DNA from: Antechinus flavipes
Lineage: Eukaryota
Reading direction: 5' to 3'
Assembly: GCF_016432865.1 (NCBI RefSeq)
Contig: NC_067399.1
Span: 681,876,001 to 681,940,000 of the forward strand
Length of the DNA: 64,000 bases
A program made the translations under genes and the position numbers. Positions 25,751 through 37,889 of the stretch are shown here, piece by piece; positions within the stretch are counted from its first letter, which is position 1; each line of letters begins with the position of its first letter. A model generated the notes under the pieces. The model did no database searches, had not been told where the DNA came from, and saw only the letters and a list, made by a program, of their open reading frames with translations.

Positions 25751-28394
25751 CTGTCGTAAGGGACAAGAAAGATTATATTCCTAAGTCTCTGAGCACAGTG
25801 ACTGGCGTATGGCTGCAGCCTGAGAAATACCTGTTCTTTTTTGAGCATAAGTGTTTTAAAGGAAGATGGTCAACGTTTAGTGTCATGGACTAAGGCCCTC
25901 AAGTGCCACCTTTCTGGGGGAAAGAGGGAGAAGTTGATTCCTCGCAGTGTACACAAGGCCCTCCCATGCGTGTCATCTGTCAGGACAATTAGCTTTCTCA
26001 TTTCTTTTGGCAGCATAATACGTCGGCCTGTTCACGCTTATGGCCAATCACATTCTATTAGCCTTTCTCTTAGGCCCTTTAAAAAAATTTATTGTAATAT
26101 AATAATTGCAAAACACTTAAAAAGAAAAATAACTTCATGAGCCTAGAAATTTTGGACACACATACACACATACTATATATAATCTGATAATCTTATCTGG
26201 GGATCAAAGTATGAGACTTCTCTGCACAATTGGATATCTTTTTTTTTTTTTAAGGAACAAATGGTTCGGTAGACCCTTACTTTGCCTTTAGTAATTGTTT
26301 TTCTGATAGGCAGAATTGCCTTAAATTTACCTGTCCCTTGCTTAGACATGAGGCTACCTTGCAGACGAGGCTGGAGCAAGGACGGCTCTACCTGAGGCTC
26401 TTCCAAGCCTTCTGGCCAGGGACGATCTGGCAGCGCTTGGGGTTCAGTGGGGAGAAGAGGAAATAATGCTATTTTGTCCCTTTCAGTATGCCTGAGAAAA
26501 TGGGATTCACAGACCTCCAGAGCCGTGTCCAATTTATTATTCCAGCTGCTTCTTGGCCAGGCTGGGGCTGTCTTCAGACTCTTGATGTGCAGAAAATATC
26601 CATCTGCTCCACAGAGAACACGATGACAAGCTTCTGTACAATGAGTCCCCGTCCCCGCCACAAAGGACAGCACGAACCCAGCAGGCCCGAGTCGGTGACT
26701 GAGCTACCACAAAGGCCCAGTCTCCCTCAGCACTGATTGAACTTTTCCACACGGGGAGGAACACGGTGGGCTTTCCCCAAGGACCCAGACTGCTGATGGG
26801 CCTGGAGCTGGGGCTCACTAAGGAGCTCTCCGTTCCACTCACATCTGTCAGAGGGAAGGCGCCAACCTGAGAGTAAAAGCCACGGCCCACAATGCAATAT
26901 AAAGAGGGATCCTGGAGAGTCTCCGTGCTCCCCCAAGGCCTTCCCCCACCCCCACCTGCTCTCCTATTAAAGATTTTAGTTGCTAATGCATCTGGAGTCT
27001 CAATAATAAGCAGGCAATACCTTAAACCTCACGAGGTGGCGGCCAAATGGGAGAAAGGAAAGACATCCTCTGCTCCTGAAGTGGAAGGAGCTCAAAGTCC
27101 CAGGACCCAACATGGAATCCCATGGCCCGTGTCCAAATCCAGGCTTTGCTACCTGGGACAAGGCACTTCAGTTCTATGAGGTTCTCTTGACTCAACTTGA
27201 ACATAACCTCCAAGGTCTTTTTTATATTCCTCTATTAGGCCATGAAATCCACCCACCCTCCTCTCCCAGCTCCTGACCAGGGACCTTCCCAAAGATGAGG
27301 GCCAGTTTTTAAAGCCATCCAGGGAAATGCACAAAAGTCTACGGCCAAGCCCAAGCTGGCTTCCCCTCAGGCCCGATCACCCTCCCCGGCAGGGAGGGAG
27401 GCCATCAGTCAGCCTCATTAGGCCTACCAGTACTTGCAGCTGTGCTAAAATTCCTATTTCCCTACCCATCTATTTCCTCTCTTCCTTTCTTCCTGTCCCT
27501 GCAACACCCACTCTCTCAGCTAATTTTCAATATTAGGACATTTATAAATGTTCATTGGAAAAATTACTTGTATAATTTGGGAGTTATTTGTCGAATGCCT
27601 TGAGCTCAAAGGAAAGGTGAGATAGCAATCTAATAAATAGGGAATAAAAGGCTATCATTCCTGTCTTTCATTGACAAGAGCTGGAGATGATTGAATTACC
27701 TTCCCAGGCAAGGGAGGTGGAGAATTATGCATGTGTCTAAGCAAGTAGAAGCTTAAAAATCTACATGAAAGATAGAGACTGTGAAGAAGAAGACGAGCAG
27801 TTCTGTCTAATGCTTTGTTATTACTCGTTCGTTCCCATTTTTTCTTTTTTTTTCCCCTTACATTTTTTTCTCTGAAGTAGTCCTGTTACCATGGAAATGC
27901 TGAAACAATATGGAAAGAGCTTTGGGTTATCCACAAGGTGATCGATCCAGACCGGGGACGGAATGGCCAGCAAGGAGGGCAAAACACAGAGGCCTCCTTG
28001 GTTGGCAGCAGGATTCCCGAGGCTGCGGGCAAGGAGTCGGTGGCAGGATGGGAGGGGGACCCAGAGCCAGCCTCCAGGGAGCCAAGAGGAGCTGGCCTCG
28101 GGCCGTCCTGGGGAAGCTTCAGTTCAGCCATCCTAGGCGGCTCCCAGCCTCTCACTCGTACACAAGGTGCCCACCAGGATTAAATGAGACTCCTCAGCTC
28201 TGGGCTCCAAGATCCCTCCCACAGGATCCCTACTACCCACACAACAATTGACATTTTTTAGATTTAGTTGTTATTTTTTAAAGACTCTTCACTTAAAACT
28301 GTTCAGACTTGTTTCCAGTTTCTAAATTCTGAGCAGAACCATCAGTTTTACAGATTCTTTACTCCCTCAGGTGACTTTACACGATTAGGAAAGC

Positions 28395-28870
28395 AAGAAG
28401 CATTCCCAAGGGCTCTTGGTAGGCCCTGGGCTAAGCTCTGAGGATACAAACATAAGAGTCCTGTCCTCAAGGAGCTTACACTGTAGTGGGGGAACTCGGC
28501 ACATAAAACAGAACCGAAAAGCAGGGTATTAATGGTGAGCTAAGAGGGGAATGAATGTGCCCAGGGAAGGAGCAGAAAGTCTGGAACAGAGCCAGGAGGG
28601 AAACAAAGGTAAGCTTATCTGGATCCCTTCACCAGAGGCAGGTTCTGCAGCAAGAACTCCATCTTCAGGGGGTTTTAGAAGGATATTCCAGGGCCAACAG
28701 GCAAAGGAGTGATGGGATGACCCAAAGCAAAGCTGCTCCGGATATTGAGGGAGTTTCCAGGATGAGACAGTAGGAGAGATGATTTTGAACTTTTGAAGGT
28801 CAGGATCAAGTTGCAAGAGAGTCCCTCAAGCTCATGGCATTGCATCCCATATGTTCTTTCCCATGGGGCT
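28395..28870 (-). mobile_element. L2 LINE 3' fragment
   Basis: ggccctgggctaagctctgaggatacaaa...gtcctgtcctcaaggagcttacact is the reverse L2 tail. Confidence 0.65.
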
Positions 28871-29935
28871 GCTTTCTTCGTGGTGTGGACCATTTATTGC
28901 TTTTCATATCACGGAAGCTAACTAATAGCTCCAACACCAGCAGCTATTTTGATTCTTCCCTTTCAACTATGTCCTTTTGCTAATATGGAATGGCCATCTC
29001 ACTGACGTGTCTGTTCTGATAGGGAGCCACAGACATTCTATCTGCTGCCCCCGGGGTAGCTCTGGATATTTCTTAAGCAGTAATTCTGCCCCTACCTCGA
29101 CTCCCTCATTTTCTCTCTTCCTATAACGATCTACATGCTTCCCACATTGTCCACAATAGCTGGACAGAAGCTTTTTGGAAAGTGTCTTTGGGGACATCTG
29201 TGCGGTACAGTTGGAGCTGATGCTGTGACTTTCTCAATCCCAACAAACTCTAAGCTAAAGAAACAAATGTCTAAATTCCTTCCAGAAAAAGTTGGTTTTG
29301 TTCCTGATCTTAATTTTCATTTGGCTTCAAATTCATTTTCTTGTCTCTAGTTGATTCTTCCCTTCCTAAGATGGTTCTAGAGGAGGGGATAACATTAAAG
29401 TTCTAAAAGGAAAATGATTGACTTAATAAACTTTGAGCAGGAGAAATACAAGACGTCTAATCCTGTTATATTTCTTTGTCCCACTGGGGACATAATCCAT
29501 TAGCCACACGCTTCCCCTTCGTAGACTACCTCCAACTCCCACAGGGCCCCTTATGGGCCAAGGAAAGCCCAAATGTTATGAGAGAATTCCTTGTTTATGT
29601 TGAATTTAAATTCTTCAAAACTTATCATAAAACTCCTTCCTCTTAGGACTCCAGTTTCCCTTTGGATCTTAAATCTTGAGTTCAAAGAAAGGCAGGATGC
29701 TCAATGAAAGAAGAGTTCTTTAAAGATTCCTGCTCTAAATGTCCTATGCTCTTTGGGATACATCGGCTTGGTTTCTGCTTGAGTATTTCCAGCAATAAAT
29801 TAAACTCACATCATGGAGCTGCCCTTCTCTGGGGATGATCCTTCTTTTTTCATGTTCATCCCTATATTGAGTTTAAATATGTCTCCTTATAACTTTTCCC
29901 TCCTCACCAGAACATTGACTTGCAGACTTGCTTAC

Positions 29936-30026
29936 TGATGTCGGAGAGAGTAAGGCTGGTGTTGGAGAATGCTGTGCTGGCTGACTATTAAGAGTTACGT
30001 TCAGTGAATGACACCTGGATGTTTCC
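29936..30026 (-). CDS. Candidate internal exon (ETSRCHSLNVTLNSQPAQHSPTPALLSPTS)
   Basis: Very strong acceptor ctgacctccctctccctctgcag| and donor TCA|gtaagc; only the phase 2->0 frame is open; could equally be a non-coding exon. Confidence 0.35.
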
Positions 30027-31660
30027 CTGCAGAGGGAGAGGGAGGTCAGTGCTCTTGGTTGGGGAAACTCTCACTGTCAATTGGCACCTTCTCTACAAGT
30101 GATAAGATCCCACTTAGGTCTCCAGCCAGGATCTGACTCCCAACAGGTGCAAAATCTTAGCCTCTTCCTCTAAAACTCTTTATCTGCTATCACCATCTTC
30201 TCAGTCACCTCCACACCTCTACCCTCCATGGCCGTAACAGTTGGGCCATGAGCCGGGGAGGGCAAAGGACCAGGCTTCAATTCCACTGACTTCCAGTCTC
30301 CGACACTCATGTGGGGAAAAGGAGATTAATCTCTTATCCTTGGTTTTCTGACTATACCTACTCCTCTCACCCCTTTTGTGAGGAACAAATGAGATGACAT
30401 TTTAAAGTTCTTATTACAGCACTGGCGCATAGTAGGCTTTCAGTAAATGCTTTATTTCCTTCCCTTCCTCTCTGATGCTCTTTGCAGTAAAACCTCATTA
30501 TTGCCCCCAAAATCCCTTTTCTAATTTATGAGCATTATCAAGTCAGGCTGCAGATCCAGAGTTCAGCACTTCCTCAAATCTATCCAGGAAGACATATTCT
30601 GTGGCCTTGTCTTTCTCTCTCTTCACAGTGACTTCTCATCACCTTTTTTTAGTGTCCTCTCTTGGAGACAATCTGATTTTGCCTTATATAATATCCCACC
30701 TCTGTGAATTGATCCGTGCCCTTCAATAAGCTGGACTGGATTCTCCCCTATGCTGCCTCTGACATCACGGACAAGCTACTTAACCTTCTCAGGTCTCATT
30801 CATTTGTTAAAAAATGGGGTAAATGGATTTAAGTCTGGAGGAGGTCTCTCAGCCTACGGAGATTTCCATTCCCATCCTGCTCTTCCTTCAAGAACCAGCC
30901 TGGCTGCCACTTCCTATAAAACAACCCACAAAGAATTAACTAGATCCTTCCCCTGGGCCGGACACTAGGCCAGTCCCTTGGCCAGTCCCTTAAGGTTCAA
31001 TGAAAAGCAGTCTAGCACCTTCACAAAGCCTTTCCTGACCTTCCCGAGGGAAACTACCTGACATCCTTTGGCCGTTCTTTCTCTGACCTTTCAAAAAGTC
31101 CACGTAGTGGCTCAGGTTTTAATTGACATTGTGCATCTCCATCCCCCAGCATGCCCAGAGAACGAGGTTCTGCTCCTTGTTTTCAGTGTTTGCCCGGGGC
31201 ATAAAGCGCCGTTCTTGGGATGAGGCACTTAATTCATGTTGGAGACGTTGGGCTGGAAGCTCCTCTCTCTGCTTCAGCCCGAGGGAGTCTCTCCTTTTTC
31301 CACCCACACCATCTAATTGACTTCCAATTTCCCAACTTGTTCCCCCTCACACAGTAGATGACCAACTCCCTGAAGGAGCCTTCTCTCCTGCACCCCACGT
31401 AGGGCAGGGGCTCATGATGTCCTTTTTGCTTCATTAAAAGGGACCAGGAGGTTTGGGGCAGAGCTACTTCCAGAAGCTCTCAGCCAGGCAGGATGCCCGC
31501 CCTAGAGCAGCTTCCCTCTCTGAGCAGGTCTTTATTGAAGCCAGAATTAGGCTAATGCTGATGAGTCTCTGGTACGACCATTTTCTTCTCTGCATCGAGG
31601 AAGACAGACTTGGGCTCTCAGATTCCTTGATCAAGCATCATTCCTTGATCCCAGGTCTCT

Positions 31661-32048
31661 TGTAGTCAGGGCCCTTCTCTTCGTGCTGGAATGGACCCTT
31701 CTGGGCTAGCTTCACCTCTTCACCTCCTTCACAAGCTTCCTGGTTTTCTATGTCTTGGAAAATATCACTTTCTCTGCCCAACTCCAGCCAGTGTCCTTCC
31801 GGAATCAGAGCTCTTCCATCGCACCCCAGGTGAAAGAGTCTTCCCAGTGCCCGCCGCCCGGGACCCCACTCTCCATTGCTGCGTCTCCTCACCCAGCTGG
31901 CGAATGCCTCCTTACTCTTTTTTTCCCTTCCTGTTGTAAGTTCATTTACAATAAAACCTTGGGCCGAATGGCCTATCCATCTGAGAGCTGAGCCGGCAGA
32001 AGTACTGACAGTCCAGAGACACCTGTCTCATTTTATTTGCTCGGAACA
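31661..32048 (+). mobile_element. Possible solo LTR-like element
   Basis: Begins tgtagtcagg; pyrimidine-rich body; AATAAA at 31950 in a tgtaag...aataaaacc context; ends ...ggaaca; no TSD found. Confidence 0.35.
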
Positions 32049-32369
32049 GCTTCGGGCCACGAGGTAAGCCTTGTTCCCCTGTCCAGACCCATTCTCTGTG
32101 ATAAAACTGACTGCCAGCGATGACTTCCTCGCCAGCAGGACACACGCCCATTAGCGCTGGGCCGGAGGTGGCTCAGGCAGGGACCAGCAAAGAGATCTTC
32201 AGATATCGGCCCTCCTGTCTCCTCCGAGTGGCCAGAGAACACTCGCCAAGGCACGGAAGGGGAATGGAAATCAGTGGCAAAATGCAGCGAGGCTCCCCTT
32301 GCCCAGCCCCGCGATCGGCATCACGGTGGGAAGCAAAAGCAGCCGCCTCGCCCAAGAGACTCTCGCGGT

Positions 32370-34110
32370 TTAATCAAGAGAAGCAAAACCGACAAACCCA
32401 GGAACTACAGGAACGCAATTACAAAACACTCCTCACACAAATACAAAGTAAGCGCTAAATTGGAAAAAGATCAAGTGCTCATGGCTAGGCCAAGCTAATA
32501 TAATAAAAATGACAATTCTGCCTAAATTGGCCCACTTGTTCGCTGCCACACCAATCAAACTGTCAAAACGTTATTTTGTAGAACTAGAAAAAATAACAAA
32601 ATCCATCTGGAAGAACAAAAGGGCAAGAATATCAAGGGAATTAATGAAAGAAAAACACAAAGTATGGTGGCTTAGCAGTACCAACCCTAAAACTCTATTA
32701 TGAAGCAGCAGTCATCAAAACCATTTGGTGCTGGCTGAGAAGTAGACTGGTGGGATCAGTGGAACAGGTTAAATACACACAGTCAAGGCCTATAGCAATC
32801 CAGTGTTTGATAAACACTCAATCTCCAGCTTCTGGAATAAGAATTCACTGACAAAAATTGCTGGGAAAAATGAGTTTCGTATGTCAGAAACTCGATATAG
32901 ACCTATCTCGCACCCCAAACCAAAGTAAGGTCAAAATGGATACATGATCTGGGCATAAAGAATGATGCCATATACAAATTAGCAAAGCGAGGGGTAATTT
33001 GTCTATCCAATCTTGGAAGAAGGGAGGAATATATGATCAAAAAAACTGGAGAATGTTATAAAAGGCAAAATGGACAATTTTGATTACATTAAATTAAAAA
33101 AGCTTTTACACAAACAAACCCAACAGGAACAAGATTAAAAGGGAAATAAGTACAAAGCTGGAGAAAAAAAATTACGCCAGTCTTTCTCATAAAGTTTTCA
33201 TATCTAAAATATATTAAAAAATTATAAAAATACAAGTCATTTTAATTGATAGTCAAAGGAAAAGGACAGTTTTCAGATGATGAAATTAAAGCCATCTTTA
33301 ATCACCTTATAGTCATTAAAAAATTTATAATTATGAAAAACTGCTCAGAATTACTATTAGAGAAATACAAATTAAGACAACTCAGGTACTAACACACAGG
33401 TACTACTGTGGCTAAGGTGACAGGAAAAGAATGATTAGTGATCATGGGAATATGGATGGGGGGATATGGGAAAACTGGGCCACTTAACACATTGTTGGTA
33501 GAGTTGTGAATTGATCCAACCTTTCTGGAGAGCAATTTGGAACTAAGCCCAAAAGGTCTAAAACTGGGCCTACCCTTTGATCCAGCAGTGCCATTCCTGG
33601 GTCTGTATCCCAAGTAAACCATGGAGGAGAAGGACCCACCTGTGCAAAAAATGTTTGTAGCGGCTCTTTTTGTGTTAAAGAATTGGAACATGAGCAGATG
33701 TCCATCATTTGGGGAATGGCTGAACAAGCTGTGCTACAGGAAGGTAATGGAATATTATTGTTATAGAAAATGATGACCGTGGATAGACCTACGCGAACTG
33801 ATGCTGAGTGAAACCAGCAGAACCAGGAATACCTTGTCCCATTAACAGCAAGGGTGTGTGATGATCAGCTATGAGAGACTTGGTGGTTCTCAGTGTTTCA
33901 GTGATCCAAGGCAATCTCAATGGATTTTGGATAGAAAGTGCCATCTGCATCCAGAAAGAATACTATGGAGACAAAGTAAATCATCACATGCTCTGTTCAC
34001 TTTTTTCTGTGTTTTTTTTTCCTCTGCCATAGTTTTATCCTTCTGTTCTGATTTTTCCCTGCCAACATGATTCATAAAGCAATGTGTATGAAAATAAATA
34101 ATGTTTTTTA
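32370..34110 (+). mobile_element. 5'-truncated L1 (ORF2 C-terminal part + 3'UTR)
   Basis: MTILPKLAHLFAATPIKLSKRYFVELEKITKSIWKNKRARIS is homologous to 4869-5120; 3'UTR to ~34100. Confidence 0.9.
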
Positions 34111-34652
34111 AAAAGAGGCATAATTAACAAGGTCAGAGAAAAGACAAACAGAAAAGGATTTTTCTTGAGGGGATCATCGTTAGAAATATCAAGGCAAGCA
34201 AAATCAGCCTCTGCCTTCCCAGAGGCACATTCGGGTACAGGAGACAACAGGAAAACACTCAGGCACATCCAAGACTGGAGATCATCTCACAGGGAAGGGA
34301 GGGGGCCTACAGCGGGATGACCAGGAGAAACCTGAAAGTGGGAGGGCTGGAGCCGAGTCTTCATGAAATATAGGAGACACAAATGGCCGTTTCAGATCAA
34401 GGTTCCAGGCTGAGACCCTTGTAAGAGCTTGTGAGCTCCTCTGAGGTGCAGTTGCTCCCCCTCCCCATTTAGAGCCTGAGATTTCTCTCACTACAAAGCA
34501 GTGAGAGTGAACTTGCTCCCCAAGTTCACGGGCAGATCCTCAAGTCGGTTTCATGCTCTGACAATGATGAAATAGTTCCAACTGTCCACGATAAATAAGT
34601 GTGAGCAATGATGCTTTTTCCTGAGCGGGCTGCCTTTGTCCAGAGGCCTTAC

Positions 34653-34732
34653 CAGGGACTCCAGCTCTTCAGCCAACTCCTTGGGTGGGATTGGCCCAAG
34701 CAAGGTCTCAGGCTTCAGCTCCTCGAGCTGGA
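34653..34732 (-). CDS. Candidate exon (QLEELKPETLLGPIPPKELAEELESL)
   Basis: Donor CTG|gtaagg; acceptor ccctgaaccttag| (alternative ttagtccag|); single open frame with mammalian-like codon use; no homolog recognised. Confidence 0.25.
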
Positions 34733-35049
34733 CTAAGGTTCAGGGCAACATTGGCTCTCTCTGGGCGCCATCCGGGGTCCGTGGGCACACACATGCCCGT
34801 GGGGTGAGACACCACAGGGAACTGACCCCTCTCCCCCCACCACCTTTCTGCTCCATGATCATCCCCCATTTTCTGGAAAGCCTCCCCCTTCTCCTCGTCC
34901 ATCACACCTGTCTCTGTGTTGGGGGGACGGAGGAGGAAGTCCCCAAGAAAGAGCCTGCCCTTTCCCCTGGCTCCGGTCGGTGCCCGGCCCTCTTGGGCAC
35001 AGAACAATGAGCCCACTGTGCGGGCGGGCTGCACTCCTTGAAGCTTCCC

Positions 35050-35430
35050 AGATGGGCTGGTGATATGCGCTTTAACGGTAGATTATGGCGGCTCCATCCG
35101 CTGCATGCACAAATATTTGCCTTCTGTATTCCGAAGACGCCGCAGGGAGCCGTTTTTCAGAGCCCGTGTCACGCAGCATCCAGGCAGGCCCGGGTGCCAG
35201 CCGAGCCCGGAGCCAATTAATTCTGGACACACTGAAACAACAAATATCCGCCAACCACCTGTTTTCTCGTGACAGCTTTGCGCCTTTTCACTGGCGTAGG
35301 AACAGGATGGCAACATGGCCCCGAGTTTCTCCCAGCCCCAAGCAGAGCCAACTCATTATCTGGCTTGGCCAACGTGATCCAGAGACCAGCTGCTCATTAA
35401 GCTCCAGTGAAGTTAAATGAGCGCCGCCTT
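35050..35430. promoter_or_regulatory. Enhancer-like CpG-rich unique element
   Basis: Non-repetitive; homeobox (ccaattaatt, ctcattaag), forkhead-like (caaatatttg, aacaaata) and E-box (cacctg, cagctg) motifs clustered; conservation not verifiable. Confidence 0.35.
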
Positions 35431-36540
35431 GCCCGAGAGCCCGAAGCCGGCTCGGTCCCTCCGAGGGTCTCCTCAGAGAAACAAAGCGCCCTCAGCCTCC
35501 GTCTTGCCTTTGGCTTGGGCCACAAACTCAAACAGGAGGCTGGCCGTGGGCAGAGGAGCCTCTCTCGGGGGGCTTGGGCTCCCTCGGGCCTTTTCATAAG
35601 GCAGAGGAATCCCAAGGAGACCCCGGCCCGGTCACCGGATCCAGATGAGCACAGGTCCCCAAAGAAACATCTTAAAAAACGGTGGAGGCAAGATTGATGA
35701 CTGTGCAAAGGATCTCTCTGGAAAACTGGATTTATTTATGAGTCGCAGAGTGTCCACCCCCCCCCCAAGCGTTCCAGTGGGACCTTGCCGAATCCGAAGG
35801 TTAAAACTCTAGGAGCTGCATCTTGGCAACGGTTTCTCCCCACACGTGCAGGACTGTATGTGTCCCTGTGACATGTGAGGGACACGGCCCCTTCTAAGCA
35901 GCCGTGGTGGGCGTGGGCAGAGAGGCTGCCTGCCATTCCCACCGGGCAACACCGATGTCCTGCTTTCTCCTCAGAATATCTCAGCATCCCCACCCTCAAA
36001 AAGGCCCACATTTTGTATCTTAGCAGCAAAGAAGCTGCAAAAGGTTATTTCATCATTTGCCCTTTCATCCTCCACTTAAAAACACATTTCAATGCTTTTT
36101 ACTAAACATATCAAACATCTGAGCTTGAAAGATGTCCTTGTGATGAGAAAGATGATCTGATGTGGAAGGGAAATGCTTCAACACCTCCATTTTTATTCGG
36201 CAAAGACCAGAGAAGTAATTGATTTAAAAACAAACAAGCAAACATGTAATTCCTTATGGGAATTAGAAGTAAGCCATCTATCTCCTCCCTTGGAAAAGCC
36301 CACGTCTTTGATGTTTGCTTGTTTGTTTTGAATTTTTCCAAAATAAACGAGAACTATCTCGAAACCATAACCACGACTCCCAAAGAGAGGGGTACCGAGG
36401 CAGGGGAATGGCAGACCACAAGCTAGAGCAGTTATTGGAGAAGCGGCTTTGTCATTGCCAAGTGCTATTCCTGGATTTAATTTCTTCATAAATATTATTT
36501 GTTGGCATTCAGCTGCTCCCCATCCCCCTGCCAAACAACT

Positions 36541-36541
<1 letters not shown>

Positions 36542-36583
<42 letters not shown>
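36542..36583. repeat. (TG)n microsatellite
   Basis: Direct inspection. Confidence 0.95.
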
Positions 36584-36584
<1 letters not shown>

Positions 36585-37163
36585 GGGGAGTGTTGTAGCA
36601 TTTAGGGTCTCTCACTCTGCCTTTATTTTGTCTGAGGGAGTGATGCTGGAAGCTTACAAAAGACAAACTTTCCTTTTTCATCATTTTTTGAGGTCTAGGA
36701 AGGTTTCCCTTATTTCAATTTCAATGGCTAGTGCAGAAAATAATTGTTTCCTTCTAAATCGTAACTAAAACTAAAATCTTCATGCTAAGTTTGCCCTGAC
36801 AAAAGAAATTCAGAGAGAAAGAGCTTTTAATAGGAATATCCAGAATAATGCTAATGAAAATAACCCTTATCATCATCGCCATTATCATCTCCATCATCAA
36901 TCACCAGCATTTTAATAAAGATAAGCAGCTTTCAAAGGTTTCTTTCTCTTCAGTCTCTTATTGGACAATGGGTCCTCTTCACAATCACTAGAATCCCAGA
37001 GTACCACCGTTAGGTCATCCCCACTGGCCCCAGCAATGGAGGACGGCAGTGGCTAGAGGATTCTCACCCATGAAACACTAAAAGCTCCTTGGCAAAGACA
37101 CCGAGGGAGGCGATAGGAAGTCACAGAGCAGTAGAATTCTGGGAGTTCCAAATGAGTCCTACT

Positions 37164-37580
37164 GGAGATCAGTGTCCAGCCCCACTGGATGTCAGTGTCC
37201 AGCCCCACTGAGCCCCACCGGAGGTCAGCGTCCAGCCTCACTGAGTCCCACCGGAGGTCAGTGTCCAGCCCCACTGAGTCCCATTGGAGGTCAGCGTCCA
37301 GCCCCATTGGAGGTCAGCGTCCAGTCCCACTGAGCCCCACCGGAGGTCAGCGTCCAGCCCCACTGAGTCCCACCGGAGATCAGCGGCCAGCCCCACTGAG
37401 TCCCACTGGAGGTCAGCGTCCAGCCCCATTGGAGGTCAGTGTCCAGCCTCACTGAGTCCCACCGGAGGTCAGCGTCCAGCCTTACTGAGTCCCACCGGAG
37501 GTCAGCGTCCAGCCCCACTGAGTCCCATTGGAGGTCAGCGTCCAGCCCCACTGAGTCCCACCGGAGGTCAGTGTCCAGCT
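37164..37580. repeat. GC-rich minisatellite of 33-bp and 23-bp units
   Basis: Consensus ggaggtcagcgtccagccccactgagtcccacc; 10 long, 3 short and 1 partial unit parsed by hand. Confidence 0.97.
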
Positions 37581-37780
37581 GTGGTGTTTAGTCTGGGATT
37601 TGTCTAACAAGTGTGGGAGGGGAAGCCGAGGGGCACAAGCCCCCATCCAACGGGCCTGTGCAGTGCAGTGTGAGGGCTAGCCTAGCCCGAGACCTACCTG
37701 GAGCCCCAGCTTTCTACCCCAAGTCTAGCGTTCTTTCCCGGTGTACGACCCCACGCTCAGTGTGACCGGCTCCTCCTTAC

Positions 37781-37889
37781 CTCCCGCGGCCTCATCCAGG
37801 TCCTCCGAGGCTTCTCTGAATTCCTCATATCCAGCCCAAGGCACCAGGACACGACATTCCAGCAATACGGTGAACTGAGTTGTCTCCAA
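37781..37889 (-). CDS. Candidate exon (LETTQFTVLLECRVLVPWAGYEEFREASEDLDEAAG)
   Basis: Donor GAG|gtaagg; acceptor ttcttgttgtaggtag|; phase 0->1 fits the 34732 exon; no homolog recognised. Confidence 0.2.

Noticed and set aside
36140-36165. tgatga...ctga resembling C/D-box snoRNA boxes
   Set aside because: Spacing far too short and no terminal stem
37053-37607. Repetitive ORFs from the minisatellite, and possible similarity to the repeat-rich marsupial lncRNA Rsx
   Set aside because: The 23-bp units break the frame and no splice or start context is evident; the array is only ~0.4 kb and nothing ties it to the Rsx locus
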